A stretch of DNA of 64,000 nucleotides from Octopus sinensis (Eukaryota): the NCBI RefSeq assembly GCF_006345805.1, contig NC_042997.1, positions 60,760,001 to 60,824,000 on the forward strand, given 5' to 3'. Below the pieces are notes generated by a model. It was not told the DNA's origin. It searched no databases and was given only the letters and a program-made list of their open reading frames with translations. Below, in pieces: positions 37,728 through 50,829 of the stretch (position 1 is its first letter; every line of letters begins with the position of its first letter). The translations under genes were made by a program, and so were the position numbers.

Positions 37728-38531
37728 ATATATATATATATAATTATATGTATGTTCATATACACTTTTTTAATTTGTGGATTAACAAGGCAACTAATGG
37801 TTTCACGAGAGGAGATCTTCACAATTGTTTAAGCTTGCCACATAGAAGTGTTGGTACTTGTCTCCACTTTGGATGAAAATATTCTCATCGAAAAATAGTG
37901 ACAAATACCAAAATTGAGAAGATCTCTTCATATGAAACCATTGGTTGCCTTGATAACACACAAATAAAGAATATTTATCCATCAATGCAGTGTTGAGTAT
38001 TTGTTCTCACTATTCAATATTAGCATATATGTACACATATATGCATAAATCTATATACGTATGTTGAGTGTTTATTCCCACTCATACATACATACATACA
38101 TACATACATACATACATACATACATACATACATACATACTACATACATATATATATATATAATTATATGTATGTTCATATACACTTTTTTAATTTGTGGA
38201 TTAACAAGGCAACTAATGGTTTCACGAGAGGAGATCTTCACAATTGTTTAAGCTTGCCACATAGAAGTGTTGGTACTTGTCTCCACTTTGGATGAAAATA
38301 TTCTCATCGAAAAATAGTGACAAATACCAAAATTGAGAAGATCTCTTCATATGAAACCATTGGTTGCCTTGATAACACACAAATAAAGAATATTTATCCA
38401 TCAATGCAGTGTTGAGTATTTGTTCTCACTATTCAATATTAGCGTATATGTACACATATATGCATAAATCTATATACGTATGTTGAGTGTTTATTCCCAC
38501 TCATACATACATACATACATACATACATACA

Positions 38532-38580
<49 letters not shown>
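37728..38580. repeat. Near-identical tandem duplication of about 419 bp bounded by (TA)n/(TACA)n
   Basis: Identical track ORFs at 37803 and 38222 (offset 419). Confidence 0.9.
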
Positions 38581-38583
<3 letters not shown>

Positions 38584-39344
38584 TATTGCAATAAAAGCCA
38601 CATAGAGTATATATGTATATTTTCACTGTATTTATAAAATTACAAAACCATAAATAATGTTGTATTCATACACATTGTGAACAGGTTCTTATAAGTGTCA
38701 TAAAATTTGAATAAGTTTAGTGATTATATTAAAAAGAAATTTTTCTAATGTATATTATTTAGTAGACATTAGTTTTATATTCATTTGATAAAACATACAT
38801 GTAGATAGTTATTGGGCCTGAATCTCATTAAAATAGAAAGCTATGATTATTAATATTTCATTGAATATAAATATAAACTATTTTATGTCTAAGCCAAGCT
38901 AAATGACAAAGCATTAGTTCATAGATATCACTGCACTTGCCTTTCAATAAAAACAATACTTACAACAGACTGTTTGAATGCTAAATTCATTGCTGATTGA
39001 TCTTTGATGATTGTAAATGTCCCTGACTTGCAATATAATAATAAAAAGGAAAATAAAAAAACCAACTGATCATTGGTAGTTGACAGTAGAAAAGGTTATG
39101 AAACAACTGAGGCTTATAAAAGAAAATATTTCTCCAAGTGTGAATTTCCAGAAAGGATGTTCTACTAGGATTTGTTTCAATATATATATACATAAACAGG
39201 CATTTAATAATAAATATGTTGTTCAGTATTTGCATATTATGTACAAATACATGTACATATGTGTATATGTATGTGTACATATGTATACACAGTAAGTACT
39301 AGAATCAATTGTGAAAGCATTTGTCTTACAAAAATGCAATATGT

Positions 39345-40192
39345 TGTGTGGAGTCAAGAGTTTTGCAATACTTTGATGACATATTTGCTCTATTCCTCAA
39401 ATTACAACAAAGCAGCCTAGCATTCAAAGTAGAGGCCATTGTGTTGCACTGTCTGCAGCCACCTTTCTGCCAGCTCCTTCATCCTATGCTGATACCAGTT
39501 CTTGTCCTTTGAGGCAAAGAACCCCTTCACTGAACCTTCTACTTCCTCTTGGTTGATGAATCTTCACAAGTGCTGGAAATAATCCATGTAATAATCTGAG
39601 AGTTATTTTCCCACAATCCTAATGTGCATGAGCAGTGGTTAAGCAAGGCCCAAATTCAGGTATCTGTCACCAAACATACAGTGATACTGTGCATCTAGTG
39701 GGATTATGAGGGGATAATTGACTTTGAGTTCATTCTCATTGGTCAAATTATCAATGCCAACATATACTCCAAATAGCTGGAGTAGATGTATGCGACTGTG
39801 TGGCAAAAATACCCAGCATCAGTTAATAGAAAGCACACTCTTCTGCAGCAAGACAATGCAAGATATACTGCTAGAATAACGTGGCATAAACTCCAGGAAC
39901 TTGAGGGAATTGAATTAGTGCCACATCTAGCGTATAGTCTGGACCTAGTTCCCTCAGATTATTACTTTTTCCAATCCATGATTCACTTCCTGCACTGTAC
40001 CAGGAAGAGGTGGAAGCTTCAGTAAAGGACAAGAATGGCATCAGCATGGTATCAAAGAACTGGCAGAAAGGTGGCTTCAGATGGTGCAACACAATGGCTT
40101 ATACTTTGAATGCTAGGCTGCTTTTGTTGTAACTGATGAATAAAGCAACTAAGGTACCAAAATATTGCAAAACATTTGACTTAACACGGTAT
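39345..40192. mobile_element. Mariner-derived structure with two diverged 3' ends in inverted orientation
   Basis: ORF 39786..40025 reads LLQQDNAR..LVPHLAYSLDLVPSDYYFF. About 39345-39555 is a diverged reverse complement of about 39985-40192. Confidence 0.75.
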
Positions 40193-40221
40193 TTTGATAC
40201 AATATATACACACATATATAA

Positions 40222-40256
<35 letters not shown>

Positions 40257-40388
40257 AGGAAAAATACGTTCAAAAAAGAATAATTCAAACTTTTTGAGAA
40301 GTCCAAAAAGAGAAAAAGAATAATTTCTAATAAAGATTCATCATATTCATAAAAAACAGCCAGAGTGAGTAATAGGAATAGGAAAATA

Positions 40389-41768
40389 GTAGGTGAAAAA
40401 TATCATTATAGGTATAAATATAGCATAAGCAATTATAGAAAAATAGAGTAGTAAAAGATGTTGAATCAAAATTAGATTTAATACAAAATAGGATTCAATA
40501 GATACGCGTGTTTCAAAGGACAATACAAATATGTGAGAAAAAAATTTTAACCATAGTAATTCTAATTAAATTTATGCATTGTCATTTTCATCAGTGTGAG
40601 GAATTTTTGTAAGGACATCGAAAAAGGTTTAATAAAATAAAGTAAATTAAAATAAAATAAAGTAAGGGAGAATAAAAATTGGGCAATAGGGAAAGAATTT
40701 GATATTTACAAGCAAGTTTTAAAAGGGGAAAAAATAACAGTAATAATAATAGTAAGAGGGACAAAATGGGTGGGGAGAGACAGACATATCAGTGTGTATG
40801 CATGTCTATATGTGCGGTAAACTATAACATAAAAATAAGAAAGAAAAAACCATACATATACATATTAATATTGAAAAACGAAAAAATATATGTATATTTT
40901 ACACGAAGCTAAAAGGCGATAGGCAAGAATATGTTTGAACAAAGTTACAATATTAAAGTAAAAATGTACATGCATGCAGAAAAAAATCAAAGAGAACTTA
41001 ACAAGGAAAAAACATCGATCGATGTTTTTTTCCTTGTTGAGTTCTCTTTGTTTTTTTCTACTAGTCCACCTGTTACTATATACACGTAGCCATGTCTCGA
41101 CCTGTTACCATTTTTTTTAACCCTTTAGCATTTAAACCAGCCATATCCGGCCAAAAGTATTCTACCTGTTTTATGTTCAAACTAGCTAGATCTGGTCTCT
41201 CACACCAACCCCACAATATCGTTTTAAAAATTAACGGCTACCTCATCAAAATCTCATAGCTACAAGATAATGCATGATTAGTTTAATACAATGAGGATGT
41301 AAAAGCATTAATTTTGGCAGATTACATTCTTATTTTTATGTTATAGTTTACCGCCCATATAAATGTGCATACACAATGATATGTTTGTTTTTTCCCCTTC
41401 GTCCCTCTATTATTATAATTGTTATTTTTTCCCCTTTTAAAACTTACTTGTAAATATCCGTTTTTTCTCCCTATTGCCCCATTTGTATTCTCCTTTATTG
41501 TATCTTATTTTAATTTACATTATTTTATTAAAACGTTTTTTGATGTCCTTACAAAAATTCCTCACACTGATGAAAATGAAAATGCATAAATTTAATTATA
41601 ATTACTATGGTTATAATTTTTTTCTCACATATTTGTATTGTCCTTTGAAACATGCATGTGTATTGAATCCTGTTTGTATTAAATCTAATTTTGATTCAAC
41701 ATCTTTTTCTCCTCCATTTTTTCTATAATTGTTTATGGTATATTTATACCTATAACGATATTTTTTCA

Positions 41769-41773
<5 letters not shown>
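40389..41773. repeat. Long inverted repeat, arms about 40389-40841 and 41327-41773
   Basis: The arms align as reverse complements along their length, e.g. ttttcatcagtgtgaggaatttttgtaaggacatc with gatgtccttacaaaaattcctcacactgatgaaaa. Confidence 0.9.
41121..41307 (+). mobile_element. Small element flanked by TTAA with CCCTTTA start, possibly a piggyBac-like non-autonomous element
   Basis: ttaa|ccctttagcatt at the left and taaaagca|ttaa at the right; the right end is degenerate. Confidence 0.35.
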
Positions 41774-41815
<42 letters not shown>

Positions 41816-41974
41816 GTGAGTTAGAGGTTGAGAAACCAACTAAAGGATAGTACCTATCCAGTATACTGCTGGTAGTGTACCCAATTATTCATACCCAAGT
41901 GCTAGTTATTGCATGGCAATCTCGCAATTAAGTATTATATATGAGTAGGGATAAAAAGTGGTTCATCTTTGATT

Positions 41975-42925
41975 TATATAGCAAATAAGAAAGTGGAGAT
42001 GATATGAAATCGACAGACACCAGCTGGTAAACATTCCAGTATGTTTATTTATTCAAATGTATTGGATGTATCCACACACATGTATTAGTGGTACAGATTA
42101 TCAAGTGGAAAAAGTTAGTAATTGCATAAACAAGGGTGTGGAAGCATATAAGCATATAAAAACAAGTGAGTAATTGAGTAAATGAATAGATTGCCACTAA
42201 AACCGAATGTGTATGCAGGTGCTAGTTCCTTATGGCCGTTTTTGCCAAGAGGCAATGAAATTTTCCAGGTTATCTCCATCTCTTCAGTGTTATGCAGGGA
42301 TGAGCAGAAAAGGCTTGGATAATGAATGTGCCCCCTAGGCTTCTTCAGAGGGAAATCAATTAATAATAGCTACAGTGTGTTAGTCTTTTTGAAATAAAGT
42401 AGAAAAAGAGTAAGAATAAGAACAAGCACTTGTATTCTTGTGTTTGTTCTTATTCTTTTTCTACTCTGTTTCAAAAAGACAAACACACTGTAGCTATTAT
42501 TAACTGACTTTTATGTGTTAGCCCCACCAACCACTTAGAACCTCTGAAGAAGCCTAGGAGCGTATTCATTATCCAAGCCTCATCTGCTCATCCCTGCATA
42601 AAACTGAAGAGATGGAGATTACCTGGAAGATTTTGTTACCTCTTGGCAAAAACGGCTGTAAGGAACTAGTACCCGCATACCCATTCTGTTTCAGTGACAA
42701 TCTGCTCATTTTCACATTTGCTCAATTACTCACTTGTTTTTATATGCTTATATGCTTCCACACCCTTGTTTATGCAATTACTAACTTTTTCCACTTGATA
42801 ATCTGTACCATTAATACAAGTGTGCGGATTCATCCAATACATTTGAATAAATAGACATACTGGAATGTTTACTAGCTGGTGTCTATCAATTTTATATCCT
42901 CTCCACTTTCATATTTACTGTATAT
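41975..42925. repeat. About 950 bp palindrome with a loop of about 10 nt at 42430-42439
   Basis: The left half is the reverse complement of the right half with scattered mismatches and one extra segment of about 30 bp (42510-42540) in the right arm. Confidence 0.92.
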
Positions 42926-42967
<42 letters not shown>

Positions 42968-42970
<3 letters not shown>

Positions 42971-43165
42971 CATCATCATCATCATCGTTTAGCGTCCGCT
43001 TTCCATGCTAGCATGGGTTGGACGGTTCAACTGGGGTCTGGGAAGACAGAAGGCTGCACCAGGCCCAGTCTGATCTGGCAATGTTTCTACAGCTGGATGC
43101 CCTTCCAAATGCCAACCACTCTATGAGTGTAGGGTGCTTTTTATGTGCCACCGGCACAGGTGCCA
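42968..43165 (-). mobile_element. Young RTE-tail retroposon copy
   Basis: Reverse complement closely matches 12365-12515; (cat)n tail next to (TA)n. Confidence 0.85.
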
Positions 43166-43194
43166 GACGAAAACACATGCATACAAATATTTAC

Positions 43195-43247
<53 letters not shown>

Positions 43248-43319
43248 CACCCTTATACTCATTAAAATTAATTTAAATCTGAAATTATACATTCAAATTA
43301 TTTATTAATTATTATAATG

Positions 43320-44330
43320 TGAATATCTAATATTTAGTAGACATGCTCTTTACATTTTTCAATGCAAGGACCCTATCAGGTATTCTATTGATCAGATGAC
43401 AGATATTCTTTTGAGGAATTTCTTTCCAAATTTCATGCAGTAATCTCAAAAGATTTGGCTTTGAGTATACTTTGTTGTTCTTTATATGAAGTGTTCTGTT
43501 CATTATGACTGAGAGGTATCCAATAGGGTTCATATCTGGTGACTGGCTTGGCCATGGAAGATTTTTAATGCCATTCTCTTCCAACCAGCCTTGGGTCTTT
43601 TTAGCCATGTGACAAGGAGCCCCATCTTCCATAGATAAAGTGTCTTCTTTAATCATTTCCCCACTGGAGAAGATTGGAAGCAGTCCTTTCTACAATATGA
43701 ACACATATTTATCTGAGTTTATGTTTCCCTCACACTCTACCAGCTCTGATCGACCATTTCTCCAAATTGCTTCCCAGACCATCACAGAATAGCTGCTGTA
43801 TTTTATTGTTGGCTGCAATCTTTTCATGTCAAGCTCTTGATTACAGAGTTTCCAGACCCACACTCGACCACTGTCAGAAAATACAGCAAATTTGGACTCA
43901 TCAGAGAATATGACAGTGTCCCAATGCTAGTGCCCTCTCCACCATCTTACTGGCCCAATCTTTTCTCTGCTTGATATTGGCTGGTCGAAGAAGTGGCATC
44001 CTTCTTGTTGTTCTGCTATAGTAGCCAAGTTAGTGGAGATACCAGACAGCTGTTCTGAGATTGACATCAACTTGTTCTGCTATGTCAGAGGCCTTGCAAT
44101 GAAGATTGTCCTTCACACTTCACTTAACAAAGTGAAGGGTCCTGTCAGGGGATCTTGGTTAACCTGAGCAAGGTAATGTGGACTCCTTGCCAACCCTAGT
44201 GAATTGCACAATCACACTATTAACTTTAGAAAGTGGGATCCCAGGGTGTTTTGGGATTTTACTCTAACTAGGTCCACCTTCAGATTGACTCACAATATGG
44301 CCTTTTTAAAATTTGAACAGTTCCAAGCCT
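43320..44330 (-). mobile_element. Tc1-like transposase pseudogene
   Basis: About 43925-43845 reads WDTVIFSDESKFAVFSDSGRVWVW. ORF 43327..43656 reads MEDGAPCHMAK..WPSQSPDMNPI. Disrupted by stops and a deletion. Confidence 0.88.
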
Positions 44331-44589
44331 TCTTTTTTGTGTGGCATGATTAAACAGTCACATATAGAACCTGAAACATGAATATGTCAATTAATAAAAA
44401 ATATAAACCATTTCAAGCTGAAATAAGCATAAAACGATGTTTTATGAGTTGTCTATTTACTTCTGTCGTGTGTGTGTCTATACATATATATAAATAAATA
44501 TATTGGGAATCAGTGACATAGTGTGGGTTGTTAGCATCCAAAACAAGACAAGTGTGCACAAAGGGAGGCTGCTCCGAGTTTTATTATTA

Positions 44590-44810
44590 TATTCTTTTCT
44601 ACTCTAAGTACAAGGCCCGAAATTTTTGGGGAAGGGACCAGTTAATTAGATTGACCTCAGTGTGCAACTGGTACATAATTTATTGACCCCGAAAGGATGA
44701 AAGACAAAGTTGACCTCAGCGGAATTTCAACTCAGAATGTAAATACAGATGAAATACCACGAAGCATTTTGCCTGGTGGGCTAATGTTTCTGCCAGCTCA
44801 CTGCCTTATA
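44590..44810 (-). mobile_element. Full-length tRNA-derived SINE, same family as the 30.6 kb and 59.8 kb arrays
   Basis: The minus strand reads ggcagtgagctggcagaaacattagc..ttctgagttgaaattcc (A/B-box-like), then core, then a (aat)n tail. Other copies at about 5745, 6160, 18020, 26710, 45970, 48050 and 63760. Confidence 0.8.
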
Positions 44811-47665
44811 TTATTACTACTTTATATTTTTTTACTTTTGAAAGTTTGTCTCCCTAAGAATTTTGTATCCAGGGAAACTGCCCTTGAGGCCTATCCTTGC
44901 TATGATGATTCCCTCTGGTTTCTTCTTGGGGAGGAAAATTTTGGACTGATGCAGCATTAAGAAATATTATATAATGCTTAAGGATTGCATTGGTGGCATG
45001 GGAAGATTTTTTTATAGGATTGAAAAGTATGTTGGTTCATGTTTTCTTTGTAATTTATTTAGTAGTTTTGGACAATTTGATTAGGTTTGAAGTTTGTATG
45101 TATGTAAATTAGCTGTACATAGATATGTATTACTCATACTTTAATTACTATGAGATTTGAAATCAAGTCTTAAATTCTAATGCAAGCAGCTCTTATCACC
45201 AGGAAAGAAATATATATCAACTTTAATTTGAATTATTCCCTAAATTTCTTTTACCCATTTTAACTACATCTACTATCTTAATGCTTTCAACATATTCAAA
45301 TACAATTCACACATGCACATTCCCTCCTTCAGCTTTCACCTATTGTCCATCTCTGGTTAGAGATATTTTAGCAAGTAACTATTATTTAACGGAACTAGCA
45401 TAGATAGGTACTTAAGTGTCAATTATTTTGGTAAATTTTATACCAAATTAGTCACCCAACCAAGTCCCAACACATTCTACTCACTCAAGAATGTGTATGC
45501 ACACACACATAATTAAATAAAATAAATACTTCAAACTAATTTGAAGATTAAAGGGGAAAAAAGCTAAAATAAACAAACTACCATGCCTTTTCCTTGTCCT
45601 TTAACATTATATAATATCTCCATGCTTCTAATGTTACATCAGTCTGAAGAATCTTGCTTGGGTTGAACCAATAGACCACTGTGTGATATTAAAACCTTCC
45701 ACTTCTGAAAATATAGTCTTACTCTTCAATTAACCCATATTAAGTTCTCTCTATCTGAGAAGTAATACAAAGTACAACTGATCCACTATGTGCACACACC
45801 CACACCAATATATAGATATATATACGTAAGATGCAACTAAATTTAAGCTTGAACTTTTTTAAGGCTTTTTTTTTATTTCCTTAATAATTCTTTATGTTTA
45901 ATTTGGGAAACAACATTTCTAAATCCATTAGTCATTTAATGTGTAATGAACTTCCTCAAAATAATGTGATGGTAATAATGGTTTTAAATTTTGCACAAGG
46001 CCAGGTGAAATGGGTAAGCCAACTACATCAACTCTCAATGCTCAACAGGTACTTATTTTATTGGTCTCAAAAGGATGAAAGGCAAAGTCAGCCTCAGCAG
46101 AAATTGATGGCAATAATACTATGTTTGCGTGCTTTGCGGTATTTTGCAAGTGACCACTCAAATAATTTTATAACAAATACAATGATCAACAAAAAACCCC
46201 TAAAAAACGACTTGGTAAGTTTGCATGAATTTCATGATGAATTGTTGTGGCACAAACCTAATAACCCTTAACCACCTATAAGCTTACAAATGCACCTAGA
46301 CACAGACTTACCAAATGACCAAACAACATCATCAAGAATTATTGACTAAACAGCATATGATCAGCAGATAAATTCCTTGAAATTTCACAGGAAATTAACA
46401 AAATTGACAACATTTCCACCATGGGCATCAGAAATCACTAATGTGCCAGTTATGGAAACTATGAATATAATCTGGGATAAAAACCCAATAAAAACCATCT
46501 GTTATAAAAGAAATATCATAAAAATGTTTCTGTTTGTTCTGCTCAACTGAGGTTTTCTTCCATTGTCCACAAGGTAATCTATACATCTTAAAAGCATGGA
46601 GTGGCTATGAATACCCCACACAGATGTACATTTATAGTTTTCTGTAGAGCTAATATAGAACTACACTGCAAATGATGAGAATAACTGTGGAAGAAATGGT
46701 AAATAAGAAAATACAAACCAAAATAAAACACATACATTAAATGTAAAATAAATCATTAAATGTACCAGAACTTTCTATTATATGATAATAAGTCCAACAC
46801 ATGATTTCATTAGCTGTAAAATTATTGCCATTTATCTGACTCACTGCAAAACACATAAATAATATGCTATTACTACCATCACTGTATTTTGAGAATAGTA
46901 CTATATAAGTCTCAAAGCTTTAATGTACTAATACTAGATTAAGAAAGGCTATTGTTCTAAACTAGACATAAAAAACAAAAAATGAATATGATAAATCCTT
47001 AATTAAAAAAATCAAGTTTGAACAGTCTGTCATTCATGTCATTAATAAATTCTTCAGGTGTACAAAATTCTGGTTTCACATCAGTAAAACTGTTGTGTGG
47101 GTTTAGTGAAGTGTAAAATATGATCCAAATAATAAGACAAAAAGCAAAGTCTAGAAGATTCACAATATAAAAGTGCTCCTTTGATGCAAGTTTGATGAAG
47201 TACTACTCTAATGCCACAAATATCATGTAAATTTTCAATTTAAACTTTTAGGTAAACTGGCATTCAAGGCCAAGTTGGTAAATAAACAATTGTAACTGAT
47301 CATCAAAATATTTCTTTGTCTTATTATTTGGATTACACACACACATACATATATATATATAGACACACACACACACAATCAGATAGACTCCATGAAGACT
47401 GGTGCTGATATACGCTGGCAAGATTTGCATTATTTAGTAAAATCAACAAAAAGCATATAATGAACTTGCTGTGGGGAATAGAAAAGCCAATGTTTTAAAT
47501 AGAATAATATTTCAGAGTAATTTTTATGCTTGTTAACTAAAGCTCTGTAATTCCCTTAAATTTCTCTCCTATCAACTTTTCCCCGAAGAAGAATACTGAC
47601 TGAAACGTTGGATTTTCCACTACCCCAAGGCAAGCTCACTGTACTCTTTTTGTCAATTTTACTAT

Positions 47666-47884
47666 ACTAAAGAGTGCTGAAAAGTTCCTGATTTTAAGGG
47701 TATTGCGAAAAGCCTGGTTGGAGGACCAACCTTTAGAGTTCTTTTACAGGGCTTAGAAAAACTGAAGGACCACTGCAATAAGTGTGTAAATCTGAGAGGA
47801 AAATATGTTGAATAAAATCATAATTAAGTGATCCTCCTGTATTTTCTTTTATTCAAAGCCAGGAACTTTTCAGCATCCCCTTGT
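47666..47884. mobile_element. Mariner-type MITE of about 220 bp
   Basis: Imperfect TIRs gtgctgaaaagttcctg and caggaactttttcagcat, with TA at the flanks. Confidence 0.65.
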
Positions 47885-48717
47885 ATATGTTTAAAATGAC
47901 TTGATACAAAACAACACATTTTCCTCCTACTTTTCTTTACTTTCCGTGTACTCCTTCTTTCAGTGTAGCTAACTTCTGAAGAAAAACTTAAGCAAGAAAT
48001 GTCAAAGACATTTATAATTTCACAATCTTTCATTGAGCAAAATATATAATGGTTTCTGGTTTAGGCACAAGGCTAGAAATTTTGAAGGGAGGAAATTAGT
48101 TGAGTAGACCAACCTCACTACATGACTGGTTGTGTATTTTATTGATTTCAGAGGGATGAAAGACAAAGTTGACTAGCAGTATTTGAGAGCAAAGTGCCAG
48201 AATAAATGTTGGTGGGCTATTTTTCTGATGGTCTAACAATTTTATCAGCCCACTGCCTCTTTTGGAAACTAAAATATTAATACCATCCAGTTTTCACTTT
48301 GTCTTTTGTGTTGTTTTTGTTGCACATTTTGAATATATGTAACATGGAAATAGATACATATAAAGAAACACACACACACATATATATTTCGTTTTTATAT
48401 ATTTGTATGTATATACACAAACATGTATTTACATTTACAATATGAATATAGAATCAACAAGAAATATGCAAATAACTGTATATTGATTATATATCTCAAA
48501 GGTAATTCAGCTATAAACAGTAAATTGCATTGCATTAAATTAAAAATCCCCGGGGCAGAAGAAAGGTGACAAGATGCCTGCAGAATTTGAATTATGAATT
48601 TTCTGTAAAGTAGCTAGAATTTCTCTGTAAATGCTCTACTAAAATTTGAGTGCATCATTTATACTGTCAAATATGGTGCATGTGTGTGTATATATGTATA
48701 CATACATACATGCATAC

Positions 48718-48752
<35 letters not shown>

Positions 48753-49385
48753 ATGATAAATATCTGCAAGTGCATCTAGTACAACTAAGCGCACATACAG
48801 ATTTGATCACAATTTGCATGTAGGGGCAAAAACAAATGCATTTTTACATTTAATGTAGTCAATAAAACTCACATACATTGTTATATTCACCTTTATTTTA
48901 TCATGTTGAAATAGATATTATATATTGAGATCTTTAAATGAGCATCTATGGCCTAGATACTGATATTCTACTTTAGTATGTTATAGCCTTATATTTTTCA
49001 ATTAAACATAGTTGAAAGCTGACTAAAACATAAAGAGAGTGTCAGTGGGAACTGATATGTATTTCATTTGTTCTATGTTTCATAAACTCAGTGCACTTTC
49101 AAATAATGGTATTGTCTCTGATACCATTTGATATTCATTCTGTGTCAGGATTCACAAGAGGAAATTGAGAATTGTTAGAAAACAAAAAAATTCTTTATAC
49201 TGCTCTTGAATGAAATTGCTGTTGGGAACATCTCTTGTTCATATTGCCTATTAGACAGGCATTGTAAGTAGTAGATTATATTGAGGAAAAGATTCTTTGA
49301 AAGCTGATGACATAAACTCAAGAAGATAAATAAGCTTAAACATCCATATAGTTTGTGTTTTGATTTATACTTGTAAGATACTTAC

Positions 49386-49517
49386 TGAGTTTGTATCAGA
49401 TCCATCGAGTTGTTGTGTCCGATAAATTCCAATAGGAATTTCACATGTTGTTGAGCAAAGTTTCTGGTACAGCCGTCCATATGTTCTTATCCATAAATCA
49501 TCTTTTGCTATCTTCAT
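49386..49517 (-). CDS. Slo2: Slo2/KCNT exon ([44 protein letters not shown])
   Basis: Contains the conserved [15 protein letters not shown]...EIPIGIYRT. Acceptor ctttttag, donor gtaagt. 132 nt, phase 0 to 0. Confidence 0.97.
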
Positions 49518-50745
49518 CTAAAAAGCCAAAATATGAAATCAAAAAAGTTTCTGTTTTACAAAAATACACTGTAATTATATATTTCATTACAGAATTTCTG
49601 TGGAAAACATCAATGAGCGATAAATGTTCAGTTTTATAGTTAATTACTTGAGGCAAATGGGGAAAAATATGTTCCAATTTATAATTTAGTTTTATATATA
49701 TATACATATATGTACACACATACAAAAAGGTGATGCATAAAACATCAAAACATATATACCCATGGGAATTAGGAGCTTAATTACTCATAAGTAATTAAGC
49801 TCCAATATGCCAATGTGTAATTAGGTTGCAGTATATCTAAAAGAATCTTGTGTTTATACACATAATCTGCAAAAATCATCCACAACAGCATTGTATCTTT
49901 AGAATAAAAGGCAGAGAATCATAACTTCCACATAAAAACCATAACTTAATTACTTTCAACAGCTGTTTTATTAGAAATTAGCATAATTAATTCTACAATT
50001 ACATGTTTAGTGTACATAGGTAATGATAAGTGAATTAAATTAATTTTCACTAATTACATATCTTAATTATGGAATTATAGAATTAATTATGCCTATTGCC
50101 AATGAAACAGCAGTTGAAAGTGATTAAATTATGATTTATTTGTGAATCTTATGCTTCTCTTTTTATCTACCTATTTATGTGTACACAGTACACACACACA
50201 CACAGTGCACAGAAAGGATTATAACCCAAGCTGCATCCCCATTTTCTAGTAATCAAATATATGTATGTATGTAGATGTTTTAGATTAAATGAGAAAATCA
50301 TACATATAAGTTGAGATTCCTGGTGCATTATATTTGCAAAGTAAATATGTATTAAAACAAAGACTGGAATATGTAGTAACATTTTAATTCCATGTTACAC
50401 AAGTTTCAATAGAATATGGGAAATACCTTTTAATAATAATAATAATAATAATAATAATATAAATATAATAAACTCATAATAGAAATAAGCATATATGTAT
50501 AAACATGTAGACCCAACTGTAAATCTTCAGACAGATTAAAAATAGATTAAAAAGAATATTATTTTGAATCTATGAAACAGCAGCAGAGGAAATAAGAAAT
50601 ATATATGTATAAGAAATGCAATGTCTGAAATTCAGTCTACTGAAGTGATAGAATTTCATTTAAAAAATAATGATATACATGAATTTATGCAGTAATCAAC
50701 CCACTCATAAATCAGTCTTCCAAAGGAGTCAAACTGTATACTTAC

Positions 50746-50829
50746 ACAAGATAAGTGGCCAGATCCCACTGCTTGGTCAATACCAAGTAGCAGACGAACA
50801 AATGTTATCAAATAGTCTTTTACAAATGC
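50746..50829 (-). CDS. Slo2: Slo2/KCNT exon (AFVKDYLITFVRLLLGIDQAVGSGHLSC)
   Basis: Resembles KCNT1 [27 protein letters not shown]. Acceptor ttcatatag, donor gtaagt. 84 nt. Confidence 0.96.

Noticed and set aside
47824-48033. 69 aa minus-strand ORF with a basic stretch
   Set aside because: It has no recognisable homology and runs into a MITE. Only the short segment in another frame is kept as a microexon candidate.
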